NCBI GenBank assembly: GCA_016865895.1
Contig: VGNY01000001.1
Coordinates: 1,533-65,532 of the forward strand
Source of the DNA: Chloroflexota bacterium
GTDB lineage: Bacteria > Chloroflexota > Dehalococcoidia > GIF9 > UBA5629
Direction of reading: 5' to 3'
DNA length: 64,000 nucleotides
Shown: positions 35,145 through 47,311 of the stretch, one piece after another
How positions within the stretch are numbered: position 1 is the stretch's first letter
Layout: each line of letters opens with the position of its first letter
Position numbers and translations under genes: made by a program
The notes under the pieces: model-generated
Seen by the model: the letters and a program-made list of their open reading frames with translations, nothing else
Database searches by the model: none
What the model was told of the DNA's origin: nothing

Positions 35145-35518
35145 ATAGACATACAGGTGTTATGCATTTACAGAGTCCGTTCGACGCCTCGATGGCGATT
35201 CATCTGAGCCTCCCACCCAAATTACGGGGGCAACAACAAAACTTTGTGCCTAGCAAACACGGTGGCTGTGTGCACAAACCGCAGGGGTAAACACCTAACT
35301 GATAAACTTAATCGTATATAGCCCATCAACGATTCTTGGCATCGTCTTTTAATACATATGAAAATTAGTCCTAAGGTCGATGACAGCTATTTCTTAATTT
35401 GCTACATTAAGTGTGTGGACAAAAAAGTGCCGAGGCAAGAAGTGGCTTCTCATAGCTTCGATAACGTTATAATTCAAATTCCGGCACAAACTAGAAAGCA
35501 GATTACAGAAATAGCAAC

Positions 35519-35824
35519 ATGACTTCATTGCAAGAGAATACCTACTATATGGGGGAACAACCTAAACCTAATAAATCGACATCGAGGGAATGGGTCAGGC
35601 CTCTCTGGTTCCTTTTTACTGTTGGCTGGTATGTAGCTTTGAGCGTTGTCGTACCGACTGGGGTTGGTTGGTGGCTTGACCGCCCGGACAAGTTTGACAG
35701 CCATCCCCTATATACCCTTATTGGATTCGGCGCGGGCACAGTGATTGCCTTTTATGGCCTCTACCGCATGCTCCGCCGATTCTATATGGAACAAAGAAAA
35801 GAGCAAGACAAGGGGGCAAAATAG
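35519..35824 (+). CDS. AtpZ/AtpI-like small membrane protein preceding the ATP synthase operon
   Basis: 101 aa with two TM segments (VVPTGVGWWLDR..., TLIGFGAGTVIAFYGLY). Lies directly upstream of atpB. Confidence 0.6.
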   Translation: MTSLQENTYYMGEQPKPNKSTSREWVRPLWFLFTVGWYVALSVVVPTGVGWWLDRPDKFDSHPLYTLIGFGAGTVIAFYGLYRMLRRFYMEQRKEQDKGAK

Positions 35825-35828
35825 CGCG

Positions 35829-36791
35829 ATGAACATGGGGTGTGGCTGCTCAATAAAAATATTGGCTTGGGTAACCATCATCCTTTTAGCGCTTTTTTTA
35901 ACCGGTTTAATTGTTGGTCCTCTAGGTTCCACCCTACTGCACATCAATGCACCTGGCTTCTTGAGCGTTTCTAAACCACATGTGGAACTCCCATCAGAAG
36001 GGATATTTCACGTTTCCGGTTTCACCATTACCAATACGCTCATTGCTTCCTGGCTTACTATAATCATATTGTTTGGCTTGTTTTATGCCTGCACCCGTCG
36101 GATGAAGCTCATCCCAGGCAGACTCCAGAACCTGGCCGAAATATTCGTAGAAACGCTTTTAAACTTTGTTAAAGGTGTAGCTGGTGAAAACCATGCTCGC
36201 ACCCTTTTCCCAATTGTAGCTACCATCTTCCTTTATGTCTTAACTAATGCCTACCTAGCCCTTTTACCTTTCTTCGGCACCATAGGCATCACCGAACATG
36301 ATGGCACTTTTGTGCCATTATTCCGAGCAGCGAATACTGACATCAATCTTCCTCTTTCCATTGCCCTAATCTCCTTTGTCTGCATTGAATTTTGGGGGCT
36401 GCGCGCCTTAGGGTTTTTCCGTTACCTAAACAGCTTCTTTAACTTCGGTCAGTTGCGCGATGGCTTCGTAAGCTTGTTTAAGGGAAAAATCCGGCCCGCC
36501 ATCAGTGGTATAATGTTCGGCTTTATCAATCTATTCATAGGCGGACTGGAAATTCTCAGTCACTTCATTCGAATCATCAGTTTCACTTTCCGTCTCTTTG
36601 GCAACATGACCGCCGGTGAGATATTGCTGCTGGTCGTCGCGTTTCTAATACCATTAGTGGCATCTATTCCTTTCTATGGGTTAGAATTGCTTGTTGGTGT
36701 ACTTCAAGCGTTAATCTTTGCCGGTCTGACACTTGTCTTTGGTGTTATTGCAATGGCTCCCCACACTGAGGAGTCAGAACATACAACTTAA
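35829..36791 (+). CDS. atpB: F-type ATP synthase subunit a
   Basis: Polytopic protein. Conserved FTFRLFGNMTAGE (essential Arg) motif. Start moved to the ATG at 35829, just after the upstream stop. Confidence 0.9.
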   Translation: MNMGCGCSIKILAWVTIILLALFLTGLIVGPLGSTLLHINAPGFLSVSKPHVELPSEGIFHVSGFTITNTLIASWLTIIILFGLFYACTRRMKLIPGRLQNLAEIFVETLLNFVKGVAGENHARTLFPIVATIFLYVLTNAYLALLPFFGTIGITEHDGTFVPLFRAANTDINLPLSIALISFVCIEFWGLRALGFFRYLNSFFNFGQLRDGFVSLFKGKIRPAISGIMFGFINLFIGGLEILSHFIRIISFTFRLFGNMTAGEILLLVVAFLIPLVASIPFYGLELLVGVLQALIFAGLTLVFGVIAMAPHTEESEHTT

Positions 36792-36804
36792 AAGGAGGAC
36801 ATAG

Positions 36805-37035
<231 letters not shown>

Positions 37036-37052
37036 AAGGGGGACCGAAAGAA

Positions 37053-37163
37053 ATGGAAGATGGTAATCTGCCGGCCTTTATAGGAGCTCTTGTTGGGGCG
37101 GCCATAGTAAGTGGAGTCATAATATGCATGGGCTTTATTATAGTCGCCTTCATGCTCGCCTAA
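37053..37163 (+). CDS. candidate 36-aa hydrophobic micro-protein between atpE and atpF
   Basis: ATG at 37053 is preceded by AAGGGGGA (37036-37043). Product is MEDGNLPAFIGALVGAAIVSGVIICMGFIIVAFMLA*. It fills an otherwise unexplained 211-nt gap in a tightly packed operon. It is below the ORF-track length cutoff. Confidence 0.4.
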   Translation: MEDGNLPAFIGALVGAAIVSGVIICMGFIIVAFMLA

Positions 37164-37246
37164 ACTCAAAAGCACCAAGCCGAAATAACCCACATAATCG
37201 GCCACACACGATATAGAGAGTCGCTCAAAAAGATCGGGGTGAATAT

Positions 37247-37747
37247 ATGGAAGGTCTTGGAATCAACCTACCACTATTAATAGCATTTGTTGTAAACTTC
37301 ATTATTTTGTTTGGACTATTGAGCTTATTCTTATATAAGCCGGTGCTTAAGGTGCTGGACGAAAGACAGGCTAGGATAAAAGAAGGTATGGAACAAGCCG
37401 AGCAAATAAGGCAACAAACAGCACACAGCGAAGAGGAAATCAAAGCCCATTTAGAAACAGCCCGCAAAGAAGGCCAATCCATAATAGCCCAGGCGGCACA
37501 AATGGGAGAAAGGCTAAAAGAAGAGGCCAAAGAAGGCGCCCGCCAAGAAGCTGAATCTGTAATTGCCAAAGCACGCACTGAAATACAACGAGATAGAGAT
37601 AAGACTATTGACGAACTGCGTAAGGAATTTGCCGATATAGCTATTTTAGCTGCGGAGAAGGTGATTAACGAAACACTGGACAAAAAGAAGCATCGCAAAC
37701 TAATTGAGGAAGTGCTCAAGGAGAGCACTACGTTTAAACAAACCTAG
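37247..37747 (+). CDS. atpF: F-type ATP synthase subunit b
   Basis: Single N-terminal TM segment followed by a long charged helix. Operon position supports the call. Confidence 0.85.
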   Translation: MEGLGINLPLLIAFVVNFIILFGLLSLFLYKPVLKVLDERQARIKEGMEQAEQIRQQTAHSEEEIKAHLETARKEGQSIIAQAAQMGERLKEEAKEGARQEAESVIAKARTEIQRDRDKTIDELRKEFADIAILAAEKVINETLDKKKHRKLIEEVLKESTTFKQT

Positions 37748-37761
37748 AAGGCTAAAAATCA

Positions 37762-38301
37762 ATGCCGGTAACAACTTTCGTGAAGCGTTACGCCCAAGCT
37801 GTCTTCGAGCTCGCCCTTGAAAGCAATAAGTTAGAAGAGTGGCATTCTGACTTGGGAAAAATCGCTCAATTAATGGAAGATGCTGAATTCGCAGCCCTGA
37901 TAGAAACCCCAAAATTGCCGACTGAGCTAAAGGCAAAGCTCGCCCAAGAAAAGTTAGGCAAAATAAATCCGATGGCTCTGAATCTTGTTTACCTTCTAAT
38001 GGCCAAAGACAGGCTAAAATACGCCGACCAGATTGCGAATGAATACGAACGTTTATTAGACGACCATTATGGAATAACACATGCCGAGGTCACTACCGCT
38101 ATTCCACTTAACGACACAGACAAGGAAAGGCTTAGTCACCAACTCGACGCAATAGTGGGAAAAAAAGTCAGTGTTAACCTTCAAGTAGACCCGGATATTC
38201 TGGGCGGCTTTATCGCCAGAATTGGCGACAGCCTTCTTGATGGTAGTATTCGCAATAAATTGAATGAACTGAAGAAAAATCTAGCTGAAACTAGAGGCTA
38301 A
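37762..38301 (+). CDS. atpH: F-type ATP synthase subunit delta (OSCP)
   Basis: 179 aa. C-terminal [20 protein letters not shown] motif. Operon position supports the call. Confidence 0.85.
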   Translation: MPVTTFVKRYAQAVFELALESNKLEEWHSDLGKIAQLMEDAEFAALIETPKLPTELKAKLAQEKLGKINPMALNLVYLLMAKDRLKYADQIANEYERLLDDHYGITHAEVTTAIPLNDTDKERLSHQLDAIVGKKVSVNLQVDPDILGGFIARIGDSLLDGSIRNKLNELKKNLAETRG

Positions 38302-38323
38302 TTACTTTAAGGGGAGTGAAAAA

Positions 38324-39835
38324 ATGACAACTGGCGGACGAGACATAGTCTCAATAATCAAAGAGCAAATCAAGCAGTTCGGGCCTACTGTGACTATGGT
38401 AGACGTGGGAACCGTAGTCGAAGTAGGTGATGGAGTTGCCCGGATCCATGGACTTCGCGGTGCCAAATATAACGAACTGGTGGAGTTTCCTGACGACATT
38501 ATGGGATTAGCTCTAAACTTGGAAGAAGACAACGTTGCTGCCGTCATTCTCGGCGACTACAGCCATATCAAAGAAGGGGACGAGGTCCGATGCACTGGAA
38601 GGGTAGTTGAAGTGCCTGTAGGTGACGGACTTATAGGCCGCGTGGTTGACCCGTTAGGCAACCCCTTAGATGAGCTAGGCCCAATTAAAGCAACAAAGAC
38701 CAGGCCGGTGGAAAGGGTAGCGCCTAACGTTGTAATGAGACAACCTGTAAACACGCCAGTTCACACCGGAATAAAGATCGTAGACGCCTTGATCCCGATT
38801 GGACGAGGGCAGCGTGAGCTTATTATCGGTGACCGCTCCATAGGCAAATCGGCCATCGCTATCGATACTATCATCAGCCAGAAGGGCGGCAATCTCATCT
38901 GTATTTACGTAGCTATCGGGCAAAAAACGTCCAAGGTAGCACAAGTAATAGACATATTTAAGAAGTATGGAGCTATAGAACATACAGTAGTGGTCTTAGC
39001 TAATGCCTCTGACCCTGCGCCTCTGCAGTACTTAGCCCCTTATTCCGGCTGCGCCATTGGTGAGGAATTCATGGAACAAGGAAAAGATGCGCTCATTATC
39101 TATGACGACCTAACCAAACATGCCTGGGCTTACCGACAGATATCCCTGATACTTAGACGTCCGCCAGGCCGAGAAGCCTACCCGGGAGATGTTTTTTACC
39201 TTCACAGCCGTCTTCTGGAACGGGCTGCTAAATTGGATTCAGAACAGGGTGGTGGCTCTCTTACCGCCCTGCCTATCATTGAAATCCAAGCTGGTGATTT
39301 AGCTGCCTACATCCCAACTAATGTTATTTCCATCACTGATGGTCAGATTTATCTGGAGACAGATTTGTTCAACAGTGGTATTCGCCCTCCATTGAATGCA
39401 GGTTTATCAGTATCTCGAGTTGGCGGCAATGCCCAGACCAGAGCAATGAGACAGGTAGCCGGTAAATTAAGACTGGAGATGGCTCAATTCCGTGAGCTGG
39501 CTACATTTGCCCAGTTCGGCACTGCTGATTTAGACAAAGCCACTCGTTCACAGCTAGAGCGAGGACAACGTATCACCGAGGTACTAAAGCAACCACAATA
39601 TGCCCCCATGCCATTAGAGAAAGAGGTAAACATTCTCTACGCCGTGGTCAATGGCTATATGGATGATATCCCGGTAGAGAAGGTCACCGCATTTGAACAA
39701 GGGTTCCATCGCTTTATGGAAACCAACCATCCGGAAATAGGCAAGCGCATCGCTACCGAGAAAGAGATTAAGCCGGAAACCGAAGAGGCTTTAAAGGCAG
39801 CAATACTGGAGTTTAAACAAAGCGCAACTTACTAA
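38324..39835 (+). CDS. atpA: F-type ATP synthase subunit alpha
   Basis: 503 aa. Walker A GDRSIGKS. Motif [22 protein letters not shown]. Confidence 0.95.
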   Translation: MTTGGRDIVSIIKEQIKQFGPTVTMVDVGTVVEVGDGVARIHGLRGAKYNELVEFPDDIMGLALNLEEDNVAAVILGDYSHIKEGDEVRCTGRVVEVPVGDGLIGRVVDPLGNPLDELGPIKATKTRPVERVAPNVVMRQPVNTPVHTGIKIVDALIPIGRGQRELIIGDRSIGKSAIAIDTIISQKGGNLICIYVAIGQKTSKVAQVIDIFKKYGAIEHTVVVLANASDPAPLQYLAPYSGCAIGEEFMEQGKDALIIYDDLTKHAWAYRQISLILRRPPGREAYPGDVFYLHSRLLERAAKLDSEQGGGSLTALPIIEIQAGDLAAYIPTNVISITDGQIYLETDLFNSGIRPPLNAGLSVSRVGGNAQTRAMRQVAGKLRLEMAQFRELATFAQFGTADLDKATRSQLERGQRITEVLKQPQYAPMPLEKEVNILYAVVNGYMDDIPVEKVTAFEQGFHRFMETNHPEIGKRIATEKEIKPETEEALKAAILEFKQSATY

Positions 39836-39844
39836 AGGAAAGCA

Positions 39845-42109
<2,265 letters not shown>

Positions 42110-42110
<1 letters not shown>

Positions 42111-42535
42111 TGGCAACCCTAAGGCTTGAAATTATAACCGCCGAGCGCCAGGTTTTTGCTGATGATGTGAATGCAGTAGTCGCTCCAGGCATAGAGGGTG
42201 AATTAGGCATCTTACCTCACCATGCCCCCTTAATGACCATGCTCAAGCCCGGAGAGCTGCTAATCAGGAAAGACGGTGAAGAAACATATCTGGCTGTTAC
42301 AGGCGGGTTTCTTGAAGTCCGCCCCGATAAAGTCATTATCCTGGCCGATGCCTGCGAACGTGCCGAAGAAATCGATATCACCCGTGCTGAAGAAGCTAAG
42401 AGACGCGCTGAAGAACGGCTCAAAACCCATCCACCAGGAGTAGACGTAGGTCAAGCTGAAGCTGCTCTTCGTCGTGCTCTCATCCGACTTAAAGTAGCTG
42501 AACACAGGCGCCGAAAACCTAAAGCAAGTCTATAA
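42110..42535 (+). CDS. atpC: F-type ATP synthase subunit epsilon
   Basis: 141 aa. The ATG overlaps the atpD stop (TAATG). Typical beta-sandwich plus helical hairpin sequence. Confidence 0.9.
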
Positions 42536-42628
42536 ACACAGGCATCTGACCAGCGCACGAGAGTCTACTGAAATAGCAGAGGTTACAATAATAAAAAATT
42601 AAAGATTAAAGGCCTTCTATTAGCTCGG

Positions 42629-42859
42629 TCAGACTATCTCAAGTCTAACCCGAACACCTTCTCTGGTGGCTACCACCCGCAGCAAAGTACGCATCGCTTC
42701 AGCAACGCGGCCTTGCCTTCCAATAACTCTCCCCTTATCATCTGGGGCAACCTCTAACTTCACCACTAGCACATTCTTGTCATCAGTTTCCTCAGTCACC
42801 TTTACGTCTTCAGGTGTACTAACGATGGACTTAGCGATGTACTCTATCAGCTCCTTCAT
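42629..42859 (-). CDS. KH-domain RNA-binding protein (YlqC-like)
   Basis: 76 aa. VIGRQGRVAEAMRTLL GxxG KH motif. Lies immediately downstream of rpsP, the conserved arrangement. Confidence 0.85.
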   Translation of the reverse strand: MKELIEYIAKSIVSTPEDVKVTEETDDKNVLVVKLEVAPDDKGRVIGRQGRVAEAMRTLLRVVATREGVRVRLEIV

Positions 42860-43197
42860 TACGATGACTCCTCAGTAGTTGATTTGGTTTTAGTCGTGGT
42901 CCTCGATTTTTTCGGTTTTGCTGATCTCGCCTTTTCTACAGAGGTCGGCTTGAATTTCTCCATCACTCCCGACTTAGAAAGCAACCTTAACGCAGTGTCT
43001 GTCGGCTTAGCACCTCGACTAAGCCACTTCAGCGCTTTTTCCTCATCAATAGCAAAAGTCTCCGGCTCAGTCAATGGATTATAGTGTCCAATAATCTCAA
43101 TAAAAGCACCATCACGTGGCGACCTGGCATCAGCCACTACTACCCTGTACATCGGCCTGTTCCTAGTACCTACCCGGCGTAATCTTATCTTTACCAT
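42859..43197 (-). CDS. rpsP: 30S ribosomal protein S16 (with basic C-terminal tail)
   Basis: [30 protein letters not shown] is the canonical S16 N-terminus. ~30-aa Lys/Thr-rich extension. Confidence 0.93.
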   Translation of the reverse strand: MVKIRLRRVGTRNRPMYRVVVADARSPRDGAFIEIIGHYNPLTEPETFAIDEEKALKWLSRGAKPTDTALRLLSKSGVMEKFKPTSVEKARSAKPKKSRTTTKTKSTTEESS

Positions 43198-43316
43198 GTT
43201 CTATCCTGTCTAGTTTAACCACCTTGGCAATTTTCCGTACGCTATTATGCCCCAAGTTACCATATCTGTCAATATGAATATTGCCAATAAGATACATAGC
43301 CATTATAATCAGAGTC

Positions 43317-44030
43317 GTGAAAGTACATCAGTTGCACAGTTGGCAAATAAGCATTGCCCAAGCTCAACAGATACAACAGAAGCTGGCTAGCCAAGTATCA
43401 AAGGAGAGTGAAGTTGTTAACCTTCGCTTTATTGCTGGCGCTGACATATCAGCCCCGGATTCCAAAGGGATTGCCCGTGCTGCTGTGGTCGTACTTAGTT
43501 ATCCCGAGTTGAACGTGATTGAGGTCAAGACTGCAGAGGACAAGCTCAATTTCCCCTACATACCTGGACTTTTATCTTTTAGGGAATCTCCGTTGGTTTT
43601 GGCAGCTTGTGAAAAACTATCCACCAATCCCGACCTTCTTCTAATAGATGGTCAAGGCATTGCCCATCCCAGGCGATTTGGGCTCGCCGCACATTTAGGC
43701 TTGCTCCTTGATACACCCACTATAGGCTGCGCTAAATCCCGTCTGTGTGGCACTCATAAGCCACTAATTAACGAAGCTGGTGCTTATACTGAACTCACTG
43801 ACAACGGCGAAATTATCGGAGTTGCTCTCCGAACCAAAGTTGATGTAAATCCTATTTACATCTCAATCGGTCACAAGGTTGACCTGCCCACAGCCATACA
43901 TTGTGTGATGGAGTGTTGCCACGACCATCGCCTTCCCGAGCCGTCTCGATTGGCCCACCTTGCAGCCGGTGGTAAAGCACTACCCGTCCATCATAGTTAC
44001 AGCCAAAGATTATTCGATTCTTCTTTTTAA
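43317..44030 (+). CDS. nfi: endonuclease V
   Basis: Motifs FIAGADIS, YIPGLLSFRE and DGQGIAHPRRFGLAAHLG. The start is uncertain: GTG 43317 is preferred over TTG 43281. Confidence 0.85.
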   Translation: MKVHQLHSWQISIAQAQQIQQKLASQVSKESEVVNLRFIAGADISAPDSKGIARAAVVVLSYPELNVIEVKTAEDKLNFPYIPGLLSFRESPLVLAACEKLSTNPDLLLIDGQGIAHPRRFGLAAHLGLLLDTPTIGCAKSRLCGTHKPLINEAGAYTELTDNGEIIGVALRTKVDVNPIYISIGHKVDLPTAIHCVMECCHDHRLPEPSRLAHLAAGGKALPVHHSYSQRLFDSSF

Positions 44031-44056
44031 ATTAAATCCGTTAAATAGGAGTTAGC

Positions 44057-45161
44057 ATGCAGGAGGAAAAGGAAAGGCTCGAAGCTCTACACCGTCAAAT
44101 CTCAGACATAATGGTGCGTCTTTGACATCCCGGGCAAGGAAAAGGAAATCGCTAAGCTAGAGACTGAAACTACTCGCCGTGACTTCTGGTCCGACCCGGC
44201 TAGAGCACAATCAACCATGCGCCAATTGGGAGCTATCAAAGACGAGGTTCAAACATGGCGCCAGCTAGAGAAAAAAGTCACTGAACTTCTCGACATGGCG
44301 ATTTTAGCTATTGAAGAAAACGACCAGTCCCTTCAAGAGGAGATTCAGCGTGATACTGATAAGCTAGCTTTTCACCTCGATGGGCTGGAAACACGGTTAA
44401 TCTTAAGTGACGAATATGATACTAGAGATGCTATCTTAGCTATACATGCTGGTGCCGGTGGTACTGAATCCCAGGACTGGGCAGAAATGCTATTGAGAAT
44501 GTATCTCAGATGGGCAGAGCGGCACAAATATAAAGCCGAGATATTGGACACCTCAGCAGGTGATGAAGCTGGTATTAAGAGCGCCACGGTGGAGATTAAG
44601 GGGAAATATGCTTATGGCTATCTAAAATCAGAACATGGTGTCCATCGCCTGGTTCGCTTATCTCCGTTCGACGCTGACCATGCTCGGCATACCTCCTTTG
44701 TTCTAGTTGAAGCCCTTCCTGAAGCTGAGGAGGAGATAGACATCCAGATAAATCCTGACGACTTGAAAATAGATACCTTCAGGTCAAGCGGGCCCGGAGG
44801 ACAGCATATGCAGAAAACAAGCAGCGCTGTTAGAATAACTCACCTCCCCACCGGTTTAGTAGTCACCAGTCAAAGCCAACGCTCTCAACGCCAGAACAAA
44901 GAGAGTGCCCTGAAGGTGCTTTATGCTCGCCTTCTTGAACTAAAACGTGTTGAAAAGGAGAAGGAAAAGGCCAGACTCAAAGGCGAACGAATTGAGGCTG
45001 GCTGGGGTAATCAGATCCGCAGCTACGTCTTACACCCCTACCGAATGGTCAAGGACCACCGCACTAACTACGAAACTAGCGATACTACGGCTGTCCTTGA
45101 TGGAGAGCTGGATGATTTTATCACCGCCTATTTGCGTTATAGACTGGGAGAGAAAAAATGA
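44057..45161 (+). CDS. prfB: peptide chain release factor 2, expressed via programmed +1 frameshift
   Basis: Frame 0 runs ATG 44057 ... CGT CTT TGA (stop at 44123-44125). The +1 frame from GAC 44124 continues into ORF 44217-45161. SPF motif (RLSPFDA) and GGQ motif (SGPGGQHMQ) are present. Confidence 0.93.
44120..44126 (+). promoter_or_regulatory. RF2 autoregulatory +1 frameshift site CTT TGA C
   Basis: The heptamer CUU UGA C is identical to the classical prfB shift site. It sits 21 codons into the gene. Confidence 0.9.
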
Positions 45162-46612
45162 CTAAACAGCTAATTCCCATAATCCTGGCCGCAGTTTTAC
45201 TCATCACACCGACGGCTACCTACGCCCAAGAAAAAATTTCACTAGTTGATAGCACCGCCGAGATATTCTTCCCCTCGGCTTTGGTCTTCAAAATCAAAGC
45301 TGAAAGCCCAAACGATATCACCAGAATTCGTCTTCATTACCAGGTCGATAGGATGAACTACGCCAATGTTATCAGTGAAGCCTGGCCAGACTTTACGCCA
45401 TCGCCGAAAGTGGAAACAAAATGGACATGGGATATGAGGAAGGTTAGTCTTCCAGCCGGAGCAACAATCCGATACTGGTGGACGGTTGAAGATAAAACCG
45501 GGGATAAACTCGTAACCTCTGCTAAGACAATCCGCTTTGACGACCTCCGCCATTCATGGCAAAAGCTAACCGTAGGACAGCTAAACCTCTTCTGGTATAA
45601 AGGCAATCAGTCTTTCGCCGATGAGCTAATGGCTGCTTGCCAACAGGCACTAAAAAGGCTGTCTCAAGATACCGGTGTGCACCCTGAAACACCTATCAAC
45701 ATATACATCTATGCCAGCAGTCAGGATCTCAGGAGTGCCATGATTTTCCCACGAGAGTGGACCGGCGGCGTTGCTTTTACTCAATTCAACATTATCGCCA
45801 TCGGTGTTTCTACTGACCAACTGGACTGGGGGAAAAGAGCTTTAGCTCATGAGCTAGGCCACACGGTGACCCATCAAATAACTTTTAGCCCATATGGAGC
45901 AATGCTACCCACCTGGTTAGATGAGGGCTTGGCCATGCACGCCGAAGGTGAAACTGACCCCTATCTCAAGTCGATGCTCAAAAAGGCAATTACCCAACAG
46001 AAACTCATTTCGGTACGCAGTTTGTCCAGCCCCTTTTCAGCTAAACCAGAACAGGCATACATCTCATACGCTCAGAGCCAAAGCCTGGTTGAATTCCTCA
46101 TCCAAAGTTATGGCAAAGATAAAATGCTCCAACTCCTGAACCTATTAAAGGAAGGTAATACCTGTGACGAAGCTTTGACCGAAGTTTACGGCTTCGACCA
46201 GGACGGCCTTGATAAGCTGTGGAGAGAATATATAACCGGTCAAACACAATCCCGCTCTGGATTTGAGTATATATTGGCACAGGAGACAAGTCAGACACGG
46301 ATTGTTTGGGAAGCTGTGCCGGCCGAGTTGATAATCACTAGAGCGTTCAACGCCTTAGCACATTACCCTGTCATTCTAAATCCTTCTGCTTATGTCATTC
46401 TGAAAGAGCCCTTCACCTTCTGTCACTCTGACCCTGAACGAAGTGAAGGGGAAGAATCTCACATTGCTCAGGATGAACTCCGCGACCGAAGAATTTTGGT
46501 CATGGCAAGCTCCGCTAAGAATCTCACCCAGTCCAAAGCAATACCCGGAGACCCTTCGCTGTCGCTCAGGGTGACAACTGAATACAATGCCGCTGGGGAG
46601 TATGGCAATTGA
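45158..46612 (+). CDS. secreted peptidase MA-like zinc metalloprotease; 3' end runs through repeat elements
   Basis: Signal peptide. HELGHTVTHQ ... DEGLAMHAEG motifs. The last ~80 codons (from ~46369) are encoded by family A repeat copies. Confidence 0.7.
   Translation: MTKQLIPIILAAVLLITPTATYAQEKISLVDSTAEIFFPSALVFKIKAESPNDITRIRLHYQVDRMNYANVISEAWPDFTPSPKVETKWTWDMRKVSLPAGATIRYWWTVEDKTGDKLVTSAKTIRFDDLRHSWQKLTVGQLNLFWYKGNQSFADELMAACQQALKRLSQDTGVHPETPINIYIYASSQDLRSAMIFPREWTGGVAFTQFNIIAIGVSTDQLDWGKRALAHELGHTVTHQITFSPYGAMLPTWLDEGLAMHAEGETDPYLKSMLKKAITQQKLISVRSLSSPFSAKPEQAYISYAQSQSLVEFLIQSYGKDKMLQLLNLLKEGNTCDEALTEVYGFDQDGLDKLWREYITGQTQSRSGFEYILAQETSQTRIVWEAVPAELIITRAFNALAHYPVILNPSAYVILKEPFTFCHSDPERSEGEESHIAQDELRDRRILVMASSAKNLTQSKAIPGDPSLSLRVTTEYNAAGEYGN
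46369..46576. repeat. three or more stacked family A-type repeat copies inside the 3' end of the peptidase ORF
   Basis: tgtcattctaaa (46369), tgtcattctgaaag (46393), tgtcactctgac (46421), gaagaatctcac, and ctcagggtgaca (46565-46576). Confidence 0.65.
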
Positions 46613-47298
46613 AAAAATCCTTTACCGTCCATGACCTGCCTCTTTCTGAACGGCCCAGAGAGAGATTATTAAAACTGGGCACGGAAGCTCTCTCCAGTCA
46701 AGAAATTCTAGCGCTGATTCTGGGGCGTGGCACCAAAGGCGAATCAGTAATTCACATCGCTGAAGAACTAATACACAAGTTCGGCAATCTTAAGAACATC
46801 GCGCAAGCATCCATAGAAGAGCTGACCCAAATAACAGGCATTGGCCCAGCCAAAGCCGCTCAGATTAAAGCTGCCTTTGAGCTCAGCAGACGGCTGGAAG
46901 ACCCTGTTGACGAGCGCCCAAAAATCACAGTCAAATCCCCGGAGGATGTCGTCAAATCGGTCAAAAGTCAGCTAAAGGGCAAAAAGAAGGAGCATTTCCT
47001 GCTGCTTTCGCTGGACACGAGAAACCATCTAATAGAGACACACAAGATTTCTATCGGCAGCCTTGATTCCAGCATCGTGCATCCCCGCGAAGTATTCAAG
47101 GAGGCTATCTCCGACAGCGCTGCTTCGGTTATCTTCGCCCATAACCATCCCTCCGGTGACCCCACACCATCCGAAGACGACATCAAGCTAACTAAACGCC
47201 TTGTCGAAGTCGGAGAAATCCTGGGCATCGAAGTCCTCGACCATATAATCATCTGCGATAGTGACCATCTAAGCATGAAAGCGAAAAACCTATTTTGA
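46609..47298 (+). CDS. radC: RadC-family JAB/MPN domain protein
   Basis: N-terminal LSERPRERL. HhH segment ELTQITGIGPAKAAQI. JAMM motif HNHPSGDPTPSEDD. Confidence 0.88.
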   Translation: MKKSFTVHDLPLSERPRERLLKLGTEALSSQEILALILGRGTKGESVIHIAEELIHKFGNLKNIAQASIEELTQITGIGPAKAAQIKAAFELSRRLEDPVDERPKITVKSPEDVVKSVKSQLKGKKKEHFLLLSLDTRNHLIETHKISIGSLDSSIVHPREVFKEAISDSAASVIFAHNHPSGDPTPSEDDIKLTKRLVEVGEILGIEVLDHIIICDSDHLSMKAKNLF

Positions 47299-47311
47299 GG
47301 CTTAAAAGGCA

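Noticed and set aside
37225-37728. 167-aa ORF on the minus strand
   Set aside because: It is exactly antisense to atpF. Its Ser/Leu-rich low-complexity product is the mirror of the charged b-subunit helix. Operon context supports atpF.
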